Assembly: GCA_964001305.1 (NCBI GenBank)
Contig: CAXFAI010000008.1
Span: 11,609 to 75,608, forward strand
DNA length: 64,000 nucleotides
Direction: 5' to 3'
Source of the DNA: an uncultured Flavobacteriales bacterium
GTDB lineage: Bacteria; Bacteroidota; Bacteroidia; Flavobacteriales_E; Vicingaceae
The position numbers and the translations under genes were made by a program. Positions 1 through 9,474 of the stretch are shown here, in pieces; position 1 is the first letter of the stretch, and every line of letters begins with the position of its first letter. The notes beneath the pieces are model-generated. The model was not told the DNA's origin, made no database searches, and worked only from the letters and a program-made list of their open reading frames with translations.

Positions 1-564
1 TATTTTGCCTTGGTATGCCTGTCGGACATTTAGAATCAATTGTTGCCAAAATTTAGGCCTTTCCTGTACAACCTTTTGAAGTTCTGTGCCGATGCAAAAT
101 ATCTCAACTTGATTTTGTTCTGCGATGGTTGCAAATTCCAAAATAAATTGAGCATAACTTTTTTCAAACTCTAGCCATTCTATTTCGCTATTAAAGTGCA
201 GTTTTCCTGTGTAAGCTCCATCTTTTAACCAGAGTTGAGGTTTGAGCATGATTTGATAATCGTTCTCATGTGATTTTTTAATCATGTCAATTACACCAGC
301 CGTTTTTTCTCCCCACCATTGCCAATCTAAATTGTAATAAACAGTAGCATCATTTTGTCTTAAAAAGCCAAAAGGCATAATTGCTAAGTGTTTTGCGGAA
401 GTCAGTTTATTAGGAAGTAGATATAAAGAATCAACCAAAGAGTCTGGAGTGGATACGAAGCTCAGACCAGTAATTTTATTGGAATAAATTGATGGACTCT
501 GACAACTACAAAATAAACCTAATTGGATAAGAAAAAGTAGAAGAACAAAGTTTGAAAGTTTCAA
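1..564 (-). CDS. Putative TIM-barrel glycoside-hydrolase-like lipoprotein (3' end lies beyond the window)
   Basis: Absent from the ORF track. My minus-strand translation from TTG (564-562) gives (M)KLSNFVLLLFLIQLGLFCSCQSP, a signal peptide with a lipobox Cys. It continues ...DWQWWGEKTAGVIDMIKKSHENDYQIMLKPQLWLKDGAYTG...VEIFCIGTELQKVVQERPKFW... with no stop down to position 1. The start abuts the stop of the upstream SPOR gene (TAGTTG). The family call is recognition only. Confidence 0.55.
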   Translation of the reverse strand, partial: MKLSNFVLLLFLIQLGLFCSCQSPSIYSNKITGLSFVSTPDSLVDSLYLLPNKLTSAKHLAIMPFGFLRQNDATVYYNLDWQWWGEKTAGVIDMIKKSHENDYQIMLKPQLWLKDGAYTGKLHFNSEIEWLEFEKSYAQFILEFATIAEQNQVEIFCIGTELQKVVQERPKFWQQLILNVRQAYQGKI

Positions 565-1032
565 CTAGTTGTTGGTTTTCGAATTAATAGGTTTTGGAAT
601 ATCAATTACATCTTTTACAATAAAGGCCCCGGGATAATTTTTCTTTAACATAATTAAGTATTCAGTGGCCGATAATCGATCTCTAAAGTTTCCAACTCTT
701 AATTTGAAATTGGGCGCTTGGTAGCTGATTGAAGCATCTATTTGATTTTCATATTCACTGATTAGCTCAGAGCGAAGTTTATTTGCTTCCCAGCGAGATT
801 TTCCTGAAAAGACTTGAATCTTATATCCTATATTTTCTTTTTTCTCCCAATAGGCATTCGCCAATAATTCTATTCCTTCTTCTATGATAAGGTCAGATTG
901 TTTGGGTGAATCTTCTGGATTTTCATGGCCGTAATAGGATTCAGCCAAGTTGAATTCCTTAACATTATTTTGAGCTTCTAAAAGCTTGATATTGAAAAAG
1001 AAAATGGTAACAAATGTTAATATATAGTACAT
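565..1032 (-). CDS. Secreted SPOR-domain (peptidoglycan-binding) protein
   Basis: 155-aa ORF with an N-terminal hydrophobic signal ending LLEAQ. The C-terminal segment YKIQVFSGKSRWEANKLRSEL...FKLRVGNFRDRLSATEYLIMLKKNYPGAFIV has the SPOR repeat pattern. Confidence 0.8.
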   Translation of the reverse strand: MYYILTFVTIFFFNIKLLEAQNNVKEFNLAESYYGHENPEDSPKQSDLIIEEGIELLANAYWEKKENIGYKIQVFSGKSRWEANKLRSELISEYENQIDASISYQAPNFKLRVGNFRDRLSATEYLIMLKKNYPGAFIVKDVIDIPKPINSKTNN

Positions 1033-1267
1033 GCTTTTTATTGATTCAAGTTCAAAATTAATGCCATTTCGAGCAACAAAATAATCTAATAGTTTAGTGA
1101 AATAAATGAATCTGCGTTTATTTAGAATGGTTCTAAATTATGTACAAGTGGCTTAATTTTGTTTTAAACAAAGCACATCTTTAGACTGAGTGATTAAATT
1201 TGTCCTCGATTAAAAAAATAGGTTTCCGTTAGTAAGGTTTAACAAAAAAACACCTAATTGTCTTAAT

Positions 1268-2539
1268 ATGAAGTTTATATCAGCGAAATCAACCTTTCCG
1301 TTTCTCAGTCTGCTAGGTTTTTTCATGCTGTTGAGTTTTAGTTCTACCGAGCTAAAAGCCCAAGAGGATGGTGAGAAGTTATTTAAGAGTTACTGTGCAT
1401 CATGTCATAGTCCAGGCAGTAATCAGCTTGTAGGTCCAGGTTTGGCTGGGGTGTACGATAAGTACGAAAGAGAGTGGTTATATAAATGGATTAAAAACTC
1501 GCAAGAGTTAATCTCAAGTGGTGATGAGCAAGCGGTGGCAGTCTATGAGCAGTACAACAAAGTATTGATGCCTGCACAGCCCGTGAATAATGAGCAAGTA
1601 GATGCTATTTTAGCCTATGTAAAGGAGTATAATGAAAATAAACCTGAAGAAACGGCTGCTGCTGCAACGGACTCTGCTGTTGATGGGGCGGATGGTCAAG
1701 CATCTTCTGATAATACAACTTACATTGCGTTAGGTCTAATATTGGTTTTCTTGATTTTGATTTCTGTGCTAAGAAAAGTGCAGTACTCTTTGTCAATTGT
1801 GGAAGCCAAGAAAAGAGGGGAAGAAGTTCCTGAAGAGAAAAGTATGGGCCAAGCATTAGGTGCTTGGGTACAGTCAAACAAAACCATTGTTGCCTTAATG
1901 GGTATTGTAGTGCTTGCGTTAGTAGCAAAGGCAGGCTGGGATGCTGCATTAAAAGTTGGGGTTTATACTGGTTATGAGCCTGAACAACCCATAAAGTTTT
2001 CTCATGAATTGCATGCAGGTCAGAATGGAATTGATTGTCAATATTGTCACAATTCTGCTGCTTTTAGTAAGTCTGCTGGTATCCCTTCTCCAAACTTATG
2101 TATGAATTGTCATACTTATATTCAAGAAGGTCCTCAATACGGAAAAGAAGAAATTGCAAAAATTTATAAGGCATTGGATTTTGATCCTGTGACTAAAACT
2201 TATGGTCCAAATCAGTCGCCAATCAAATGGGTGAAAGTTCACAACTTGCCAGATCACGTTTACTTTAATCACTCACAACATGTCACGGTTGGTAAGATTG
2301 CATGTCAGAAATGTCATGGTCCTGTTGAAACCTACACAGTTGGTAAGCAACATGCTGATTTAACTATGGGTTGGTGTATTAATTGTCACAGAGAAACTAA
2401 GGTTCAGATGGCTGAAAGTGGATATTATGATGAAATTCATAAAAGGTTGCCAGAAGATTTAAAAAAGCAATACTTAGAAGATGGTACGATTACCGTGTCT
2501 GAATTGGGCGGTATAGAGTGTGCTAAATGTCATTATTAA
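1268..2539 (+). CDS. actA: Alternative complex III subunit ActA: pentahaem cytochrome c with an extra N-terminal monohaem cytochrome c domain
   Basis: Six CxxCH motifs: CASCH, then CQYCH, CMNCH, CQKCH, CINCH and CAKCH. Signal peptide, Ala/Asp-rich linker and one TM helix (YIALGLILVFLILISVL). First gene of the act order. Confidence 0.9.
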   Translation: MKFISAKSTFPFLSLLGFFMLLSFSSTELKAQEDGEKLFKSYCASCHSPGSNQLVGPGLAGVYDKYEREWLYKWIKNSQELISSGDEQAVAVYEQYNKVLMPAQPVNNEQVDAILAYVKEYNENKPEETAAAATDSAVDGADGQASSDNTTYIALGLILVFLILISVLRKVQYSLSIVEAKKRGEEVPEEKSMGQALGAWVQSNKTIVALMGIVVLALVAKAGWDAALKVGVYTGYEPEQPIKFSHELHAGQNGIDCQYCHNSAAFSKSAGIPSPNLCMNCHTYIQEGPQYGKEEIAKIYKALDFDPVTKTYGPNQSPIKWVKVHNLPDHVYFNHSQHVTVGKIACQKCHGPVETYTVGKQHADLTMGWCINCHRETKVQMAESGYYDEIHKRLPEDLKKQYLEDGTITVSELGGIECAKCHY

Positions 2540-2560
2540 GATTTTGAAGTAGAAGAAGCT

Positions 2561-5500
2561 ATGTCAAATAATAAGAAATATTGGAAAGGAGTTGAAGAAT
2601 TACATGATTCTCCATCTTTCAAAGAATCCAAGAATAAAGAGTTTAGCGAATATCTTCCTGTTGAAGACTTTTTGGGAGATAAAAACCTTTTAGAAGATTC
2701 AAAAACTTCGAGAAGAGACTTTTTAAAGTATTTAGGATTTGGTGTTACTGCTGCATCTTTAGCAGCTTGTGAAACGCCTGTAAATAAGGTTATTCCTCAT
2801 GTTGTTAAGTCAGACAAGGCCAATCCAGGTGTAGCAAATTACTTTGCTACTTCTTACTTCGATGGTTTTGACTATTGTGACATTGTTGTAAAAACAAGAG
2901 AAGGAAGACCTATTCGAATTGATTCAAATAAGAAATCACCTTTAACTTTAGGTGGAATTAATGCAAGGGTAAATTCATCGGTATTGTCTCTTTATGACGG
3001 TAATCGGTTGAAATCACCTAGCATAGATGGTCAAGAAACAGACTGGGCGAATTTTAACAGCAAGATTAAATCAGAATTAGCTTCTGTTTTGGCTTCTGGA
3101 GGAAAAGTTAGAATCTTGACAGGGACAGTTTTAAGTCCTTCTACAGCTAGACTTGTTTCAGAGTTTGTAGCGGCTAATGAAGGAGCTGATATTAAGCATG
3201 TGACTTATGATTCAGTTTCTTTGAGTGGTACTCTTGAGGCTAATAAAGAAAGTTTTGGTCAAGCAGTGCTACCTACTTATGATTTGTCAAAAGCAAAGTC
3301 AATTGTAAGTATCGGAGCAGATTTCTTAGATCGTATGCCAGGTTCAATGCAATTGGAGCATCAGTACGTTAAAGGAAGAAATCCAGAAAACGCTTGGATG
3401 TCAAAGCACTTTCAATTTGAAAGTACCATGTCGTTGACAGGGTCTAATGCAGATGTTAGAGTGCCGGTTAAGCTTTCTGAGCAAGCGAAAGTAGTTTTAG
3501 AGTTATACAATTATTTAGCTTCAAAAACTGGAGGTGCTTCATTAAAGTCAGTAAAGTCAGCAGTAAGTGATAAAGTTAAAATGGCTGGGGATCACTTGTT
3601 AGCAAACAAGGGTGAATCAATTGTTTTATCTGGCTTAAATGATAAGAATGTTCAAATAGTTGTGAATGCCATTAACAATTTACTTGGTAATTATGGTAAA
3701 ACAATAGATGTAAACAACCCATCATATTTACGAAAAGGCATTGATAGTGAGGTTGAGGCCTTATTGTCAGAAATGAAAAGTGGCTCAGTAGATGCTTTGA
3801 TCATTAATGAAGCAAACCCTGTGTATACCATGCCAGCCTTTGCGGAATTAATGGATAAAGTAAAAACAAAGATTGTTTTTGCAAATAGAAATACAGATAC
3901 AGCAAAGAAGGCAAATTATGTTGGAGCTACTCCCTTTTATTTGGAGTCTTGGAATGATGCCATGCCTTCCAAAGGGTATTACGCTTTAACTCAACCAACT
4001 ATTAATCCACTATTCAATACGATGCAATTTCAAGATTGCTTATTAAGTTGGATGGGGAAAGAGGAAACGTATTACGATTTTATCAAGAAGAACTGGGAGG
4101 AAACTTTATTTTCTAAGCAAACGAAGTCAGTTTTATTTGAAGATTTTTGGGTAAATAGTTTACACGAAGGATACTTTAAGCCTGCTATTTCCGAAGAAAT
4201 AGAAGCAGTTTCTTTTGCTGCTGACTTGAGTGCTGCATCTGCTGCACTTGCCGCTTCAAAAAGTAATGATTGGGAGGTAGAATTCTACACGAAAGTGGGA
4301 ATCGGAGATGGTACATTGGCGCACAACCCTTGGTTGCAAGAATTACCAGACCCAATAACTAAAATGACTTGGGACAATTACTTGTTAATGAGCCCTGCAG
4401 ATGCCAGAGAACAAGGTTTTGCAACAGAGTATGGCGAGCAAAAAAATGCCAGTACAGTTAACCTTACCATTAATGGTGTTTCTTACGAAGAAGTTCCTGT
4501 AATTGCAATGCCAGGTCAAGTTCGAGGAACTTTGGCTGTTGCTTTAGGTTATGGACAAACAATTGGTAAAAAGAATACAGAAATTGTAGGGATTAATTTC
4601 TACCCATCTTATAAAGGTAAAACATACTCAACTGATGTAAGTTTTGAGGCTACCGGTAACGATTATCAAGTAGCAACTACTCAGACTCATCAAACCATTA
4701 TGGGTAGAACTTCAATTGTTAGAGAGACTGATTTTGCTACCTTCAAAAATGGTTCAAAAGACGATTACAATCCCGAACATATTTTGGCCACACATGATGG
4801 GCCAAAAAATGTAACTGAAATTGACCTTTGGGCAAAACATCCGGTAAGAAAAGTAGGTCATCACTGGGGAATGAGTATTGATTTAAATGCTTGTACAGGA
4901 TGTGCTGCTTGTGTTACTGCTTGTCATGCTGAAAATAATGTTCCAGTTGTAGGTAAAGATGAAGTTAGAAGATCTAGAGAAATGCACTGGTTGCGTATTG
5001 ATAGATATTTTAGCAGCAATGAAGCTGATGTTGAGGCACGCAACTACACTGCCATGGAAACTCCAGAAGAGAATCCTCAAGTAGTTCATCAACCAATGAT
5101 GTGCCAGCATTGTAACCATGCTCCATGTGAAACGGTTTGTCCAGTAGCGGCAACTACACATAGTAACGAAGGCTTAAATCAAATGACTTATAACCGTTGT
5201 ATTGGTACAAGATATTGTGCTAACAACTGTCCTTACAAAGTGAGAAGATTTAACTGGTTTAGTTACCAAAATTTAGACAAGTTTGCAGATTTCAATCCAT
5301 CTCAAGACGATTTAGGTAGAATGGTCTTAAATCCTGATGTTACTGTAAGAGCAAGAGGGGTTATGGAGAAATGTAGCATGTGTGTTCAGATGATTCAAGA
5401 AACGAAATTGGCCGCTAAGAAAGATGGTGAGCCGGTTAAAGATGAAGATGCACAAACTGCTTGTTCTTTAGCTTGCTCTGCCGATGCGATTATCTTTGGT

Positions 5501-5623
5501 GATTTGAATGATGTAGAAAGTGAAGTTCGAAAAAGATCTGAGAATAATAGAGCATACAGAGTTATAGAAGAAGTAGGAACTGATACGAATGTCTATTATC
5601 AGGTAAAAGTTAGAAATACATAA
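2561..5623 (+). CDS. actB: Alternative complex III subunit ActB (molybdopterin-oxidoreductase-like B1 domain fused to Fe-S B2 domain)
   Basis: 1020 aa. Twin-arginine signal SRRDFLKYLGFG followed by LAAC. Cys clusters CTGCAACVTACH, CQHCNHAPCETVCP, CIGTRYCANNCPYKVRRFNW and CSMCVQ. Confidence 0.92.
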   Translation: MSNNKKYWKGVEELHDSPSFKESKNKEFSEYLPVEDFLGDKNLLEDSKTSRRDFLKYLGFGVTAASLAACETPVNKVIPHVVKSDKANPGVANYFATSYFDGFDYCDIVVKTREGRPIRIDSNKKSPLTLGGINARVNSSVLSLYDGNRLKSPSIDGQETDWANFNSKIKSELASVLASGGKVRILTGTVLSPSTARLVSEFVAANEGADIKHVTYDSVSLSGTLEANKESFGQAVLPTYDLSKAKSIVSIGADFLDRMPGSMQLEHQYVKGRNPENAWMSKHFQFESTMSLTGSNADVRVPVKLSEQAKVVLELYNYLASKTGGASLKSVKSAVSDKVKMAGDHLLANKGESIVLSGLNDKNVQIVVNAINNLLGNYGKTIDVNNPSYLRKGIDSEVEALLSEMKSGSVDALIINEANPVYTMPAFAELMDKVKTKIVFANRNTDTAKKANYVGATPFYLESWNDAMPSKGYYALTQPTINPLFNTMQFQDCLLSWMGKEETYYDFIKKNWEETLFSKQTKSVLFEDFWVNSLHEGYFKPAISEEIEAVSFAADLSAASAALAASKSNDWEVEFYTKVGIGDGTLAHNPWLQELPDPITKMTWDNYLLMSPADAREQGFATEYGEQKNASTVNLTINGVSYEEVPVIAMPGQVRGTLAVALGYGQTIGKKNTEIVGINFYPSYKGKTYSTDVSFEATGNDYQVATTQTHQTIMGRTSIVRETDFATFKNGSKDDYNPEHILATHDGPKNVTEIDLWAKHPVRKVGHHWGMSIDLNACTGCAACVTACHAENNVPVVGKDEVRRSREMHWLRIDRYFSSNEADVEARNYTAMETPEENPQVVHQPMMCQHCNHAPCETVCPVAATTHSNEGLNQMTYNRCIGTRYCANNCPYKVRRFNWFSYQNLDKFADFNPSQDDLGRMVLNPDVTVRARGVMEKCSMCVQMIQETKLAAKKDGEPVKDEDAQTACSLACSADAIIFGDLNDVESEVRKRSENNRAYRVIEEVGTDTNVYYQVKVRNT

Positions 5624-5648
5624 ACAATATTGCTTAAAACTAGATAGA

Positions 5649-7028
5649 ATGCAGCAAGAAGCAGCGATTAGAGAACCCTTAATTCTAGGAGAAAAGACAT
5701 ACGGTCAAATCACCGATGATGTAATGGCTCCTGTTGTAGGAAAAGCCAACCGATCATGGTGGATCGTATTTGGAATATCAGCAGTTATGGCCCTTTGGGG
5801 TATCGGTTGTATCCTATACTTATTAGGAACTGGTATTGGAACTTGGGGACTAAATAAAACTGTAGGTTGGGCATGGGATATTACCAACTTTGTATGGTGG
5901 GTAGGTATCGGACATGCTGGTACTTTGATTTCAGCAGTATTGTTGTTGTTCAGACAAAAATGGAGAATGGCAATTAACCGTTCTGCTGAAGCAATGACCA
6001 TTTTTGCCGTAATGATGGCTGCTGTATGGCCAGGTATTCACATGGGAAGAATTTGGTTAGCCTATTTTGTATTCCCATTGCCAAATCAATTTGGTTCACT
6101 TTGGGTAAACTTTAACTCTCCACTTCTTTGGGATGTATTTGCAATTTCAACTTACTTTTCAGTTTCCTTAGTGTTTTGGTATATTGGATTAATTCCTGAT
6201 TTTGCAACTATTCGTGATAAAGTAACTCAAACAGTTCCGAAGAAAGTATATAGTTTATTAGCTTTTGGATGGACTGGAAATGCGAAAGCTTGGAATAGAT
6301 TCGAAGAAATTTCATTGGTGCTTGCAGGTTTAGCAACTCCACTTGTATTTTCGGTTCACTCTATTGTATCGATGGACTTTGCTACTTCAGTAATTCCGGG
6401 ATGGCATACAACAATTTTCCCGCCTTACTTCGTATCGGGTGCTGTTTTCTCAGGATTTGCAATGGTTCAGACTTTGTTGATAATTATGAGGAAGGTAATG
6501 GGGTTAGAAAATTACATTACTATCAAGCATATTGAGTACATGAATATTGTAATCATTGTTACAGGATCTATTGTTGGTGTAGCTTATTTAACAGAGTTAT
6601 TTGTTTCTTGGTATTCAGGAGTTGAATACGAGGCTTATGCCTTTATCAATAGAGCAACAGGGCCTTATTGGTGGTCTTATTGGGCAATGATGACTTGTAA
6701 TGTTATTTCGCCACAAGTATTTTGGTTTAAGAAGTTAAGGACTAATATCATGTTTACTTTTTTCATGTCAATTATTGTAAACATTGGTATGTGGTTCGAA
6801 AGATTTGTAATTATTGTAACCTCTCTTCACAGGGATTACTTACCATCAAGTTGGACCATGTTCCACCCTACGTTTGTTGATATTGGATGTTTTATAGGTA
6901 CCATCGGAATATTCTTTGTTTTGTTTTTATTATTCTCAAGATTTTTCCCGGTATTACCATTAAATGAGTTAAAAACCATTTTAAAATCTTCAGGAGAGCA
7001 GTACAAAAAAGCTGACCAAGAACATTAA
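5649..7028 (+). CDS. actC: Alternative complex III subunit ActC (NrfD/PsrC-like quinol-interacting membrane subunit)
   Basis: 459-aa polytopic membrane protein at the conserved position after actB. NrfD-like sequence (WGLNKTVGWAWDITNFVWWVGIGHAGT). Confidence 0.9.
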   Translation: MQQEAAIREPLILGEKTYGQITDDVMAPVVGKANRSWWIVFGISAVMALWGIGCILYLLGTGIGTWGLNKTVGWAWDITNFVWWVGIGHAGTLISAVLLLFRQKWRMAINRSAEAMTIFAVMMAAVWPGIHMGRIWLAYFVFPLPNQFGSLWVNFNSPLLWDVFAISTYFSVSLVFWYIGLIPDFATIRDKVTQTVPKKVYSLLAFGWTGNAKAWNRFEEISLVLAGLATPLVFSVHSIVSMDFATSVIPGWHTTIFPPYFVSGAVFSGFAMVQTLLIIMRKVMGLENYITIKHIEYMNIVIIVTGSIVGVAYLTELFVSWYSGVEYEAYAFINRATGPYWWSYWAMMTCNVISPQVFWFKKLRTNIMFTFFMSIIVNIGMWFERFVIIVTSLHRDYLPSSWTMFHPTFVDIGCFIGTIGIFFVLFLLFSRFFPVLPLNELKTILKSSGEQYKKADQEH

Positions 7029-7038
7029 TTATAAGATA

Positions 7039-7566
7039 ATGGCAGACAATAAAGTAATATACGCTACTTACGACGACGATACTGTCTTGTTAAATGGAGC
7101 AAAAGAATTAGTTGCAAAAGGCATTCACATTCGTGATGTATTTTCGCCTTTCCCAATCCATGGCTTAGATCCAATCATAGGGATAAAGCAAACTCGACTT
7201 GCAATTTGTGCATTTATTTATGGCTTAGTAGGTCTAACCTTAGCTTTATCAGGTATGTACTACTTCATGATTGTTGATTGGCCTATGAATATTGGTGGTA
7301 AACCAAACGATTTCTTTTATCAGAATATTCCAGCATTTGTGCCTATTTCATTTGAATTTACAGTTTTGTTAGCTGCACATGGTATGGCATTAACGTATTT
7401 CATTAGAAATTGGACTTTACCTGGAGTTAAGGCAAGAAATCCATATCCTTATACCACAGATGATAAGTTTGTGATGGAGATTCACCCTTCCGATAGTCAT
7501 ATGACTGAAGAAGAAGTAGAGCAGCACTTAAGTCAAACTGGAACAATTAAAATTGAAGCTAGATAA
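7039..7566 (+). CDS. actD: Alternative complex III subunit ActD (DUF3341-type)
   Basis: 175 aa with a soluble N-terminal domain and two TM helices, at the conserved position between actC and actE. Confidence 0.85.
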   Translation: MADNKVIYATYDDDTVLLNGAKELVAKGIHIRDVFSPFPIHGLDPIIGIKQTRLAICAFIYGLVGLTLALSGMYYFMIVDWPMNIGGKPNDFFYQNIPAFVPISFEFTVLLAAHGMALTYFIRNWTLPGVKARNPYPYTTDDKFVMEIHPSDSHMTEEEVEQHLSQTGTIKIEAR

Positions 7567-7576
7567 TTCGGGAATT

Positions 7577-8239
7577 ATGAGAATTAAGAAGAATATAGTA
7601 TATACCGTTTTCATCGCCTTAGGTTCTTCATTGGGCTTAAGTTCTTGTGATGACCCTAATAGTCCGGGAGTTGAATACATGCCAGACATGTACCGTTCTC
7701 CTGCTATTGAAGTATATGTAGATTATGAATTTTCAGACTCTGCAACTGCAAGATTAACTCCGTCAAATTCAATTCCTAAGGGTTACAAGCCTTATGTATA
7801 TCCTAATACAACCGAAGGATATGAATTAGCGGGACAAAATTTACAAAATCCCCTCCATCTTACTGAAAAGACTATTAAAGAAGGCAAGGCATTGTATAAT
7901 TCATTTTGTGCCCATTGTCACGGTCCAAAGGGAAAAGGAGAAGGTTCTATTCAGAATGCCATTTATGGAGCTGTTCCTTCTTATGCTGATGAGCTTCCAA
8001 ATAGAAGAGGTGGAAGGGCAATGAAAGATTTGACCGAAGGACATATTTATCATACCATTATGTATGGTTTAAATGCAATGGGACCTCACTCTAGCTTAAT
8101 TCGTGAGCAAGATCGTTGGAAGATTGTAGCTTATGTTCAAACATTGCAAGGAAAAGACCCATTAAACTCTGATGATACGAAAGTTGAAGAAGGAGAAGAA
8201 ATGGCTATGAATGAAGACAATACAAATCAGAATAATTAA
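7577..8239 (+). CDS. actE: Alternative complex III subunit ActE (monohaem cytochrome c lipoprotein)
   Basis: Single CAHCH motif. I prefer the ATG at 7577 (MRIKKNIVYTVFIALGSSLGLSSCDD, signal plus lipobox) over the track start at 7553, which overlaps actD. Confidence 0.85.
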   Translation: MRIKKNIVYTVFIALGSSLGLSSCDDPNSPGVEYMPDMYRSPAIEVYVDYEFSDSATARLTPSNSIPKGYKPYVYPNTTEGYELAGQNLQNPLHLTEKTIKEGKALYNSFCAHCHGPKGKGEGSIQNAIYGAVPSYADELPNRRGGRAMKDLTEGHIYHTIMYGLNAMGPHSSLIREQDRWKIVAYVQTLQGKDPLNSDDTKVEEGEEMAMNEDNTNQNN

Positions 8240-8250
8240 TCGCTGAAGAG

Positions 8251-9441
8251 ATGAATTTTATATTTACTAAAAAAGCACGTATATCTTTTTCAATTCTGAT
8301 GTTAATCGGAGTTATCGCGGCTGTATACGGTTTTATGACGGATCATACACCACATCACAATCGATTTTGGGCTAACCTTTTAATTAATGGATTCTTCTAT
8401 TTTGCAATTAGTTTAGGAGCATTATTCTTTTTGGCTTTACAATATGCAACAGAAGCCAGTTATATGGTTGTATTAAAGCGTGTCATAGAAGGTATATCAC
8501 AATACATCTATGTAGGTTCAGCTATTTTAATAATTGTTTTCCTTGGAGGAACTTTACATTGGCATCACCTGTACCATTGGATGGACCCAGAAGTATTCGA
8601 TATTAACTCAGAACATTATGATAAGATAATTGCAGGAAAGGCAGCTTATTTGAATCAACCTTTCTTTTGGATAAGAACGTTGTTGTATCTTGGAGTTTGG
8701 ACATATTTCGCTAAGTTGTTTAGAAAGAGATCTTTGTTAGAGGACCAAGAAGGAGGCTCAAAAATTCATTTTAAGAATATGTCCTTAGCAGCCATATTTC
8801 TAGTGTTCTTTGCATTTACATCTTCTACTGCAGCTTGGGATTGGATTATGTCAATTGATACACATTGGTTCAGTACTTTATTTGGTTGGTATGTGTTTTC
8901 AGGAATATGGGTGAGTTTCATGATATTCTTTGTATTGATCACTATTTACTTAAAATCAAAGGGCTATTTGCCACATGTTAATCAGAGTCATATTCATGAT
9001 GCTGGAAAATGGATGTTTGCGATTAGCTTCCTATGGACATACTTATGGTTCTCACAATTTATGTTGATTTGGTATTCAAATATTCCAGAAGAAGTAACCT
9101 ACTACATTACTAGAATTAAAGATTTTAAATGGTTGTTCTTTGGAGTGTTCTTCACAAACTTCTTGTTCCCAATGGTCATTTTAATGGCTAGAGATGCTAA
9201 AAGACAGATTGGATATTTGATAACTGTTGGTGTTATCATATTTGTAGGACATTGGCTAGATGTATACATGATGATTGTTCCGGGAAGTGTAGGTCATTTG
9301 CATTTTGGATTTATGGAAATTGGAATGTTCCTTGGATTTTTAGGCTTGTTTTTATTTATCGTATTTAATGCTTTTTCTAAAGCACCATTAACGGTAGAGA
9401 AACATCCATTTTTGGATGAGAGTAAACATTTACACATTTAA
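8251..9441 (+). CDS. actF: Alternative complex III subunit ActF (second NrfD-like membrane subunit)
   Basis: 396-aa polytopic membrane protein, last gene of the act order, immediately upstream of the oxidase genes. Confidence 0.85.
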   Translation: MNFIFTKKARISFSILMLIGVIAAVYGFMTDHTPHHNRFWANLLINGFFYFAISLGALFFLALQYATEASYMVVLKRVIEGISQYIYVGSAILIIVFLGGTLHWHHLYHWMDPEVFDINSEHYDKIIAGKAAYLNQPFFWIRTLLYLGVWTYFAKLFRKRSLLEDQEGGSKIHFKNMSLAAIFLVFFAFTSSTAAWDWIMSIDTHWFSTLFGWYVFSGIWVSFMIFFVLITIYLKSKGYLPHVNQSHIHDAGKWMFAISFLWTYLWFSQFMLIWYSNIPEEVTYYITRIKDFKWLFFGVFFTNFLFPMVILMARDAKRQIGYLITVGVIIFVGHWLDVYMMIVPGSVGHLHFGFMEIGMFLGFLGLFLFIVFNAFSKAPLTVEKHPFLDESKHLHI

Positions 9442-9474
9442 TTGACTGCTTAGTAAAAGAAAAAAGATAATAGG

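Noticed and set aside
1154-1161. A TAATTTTG box upstream of actA, considered as the act operon promoter.
   Set aside because: There is no TTTG-like -33 element at 17-21 nt, and it lies 107 nt from the ATG. It is possible but not supportable without start-site data.
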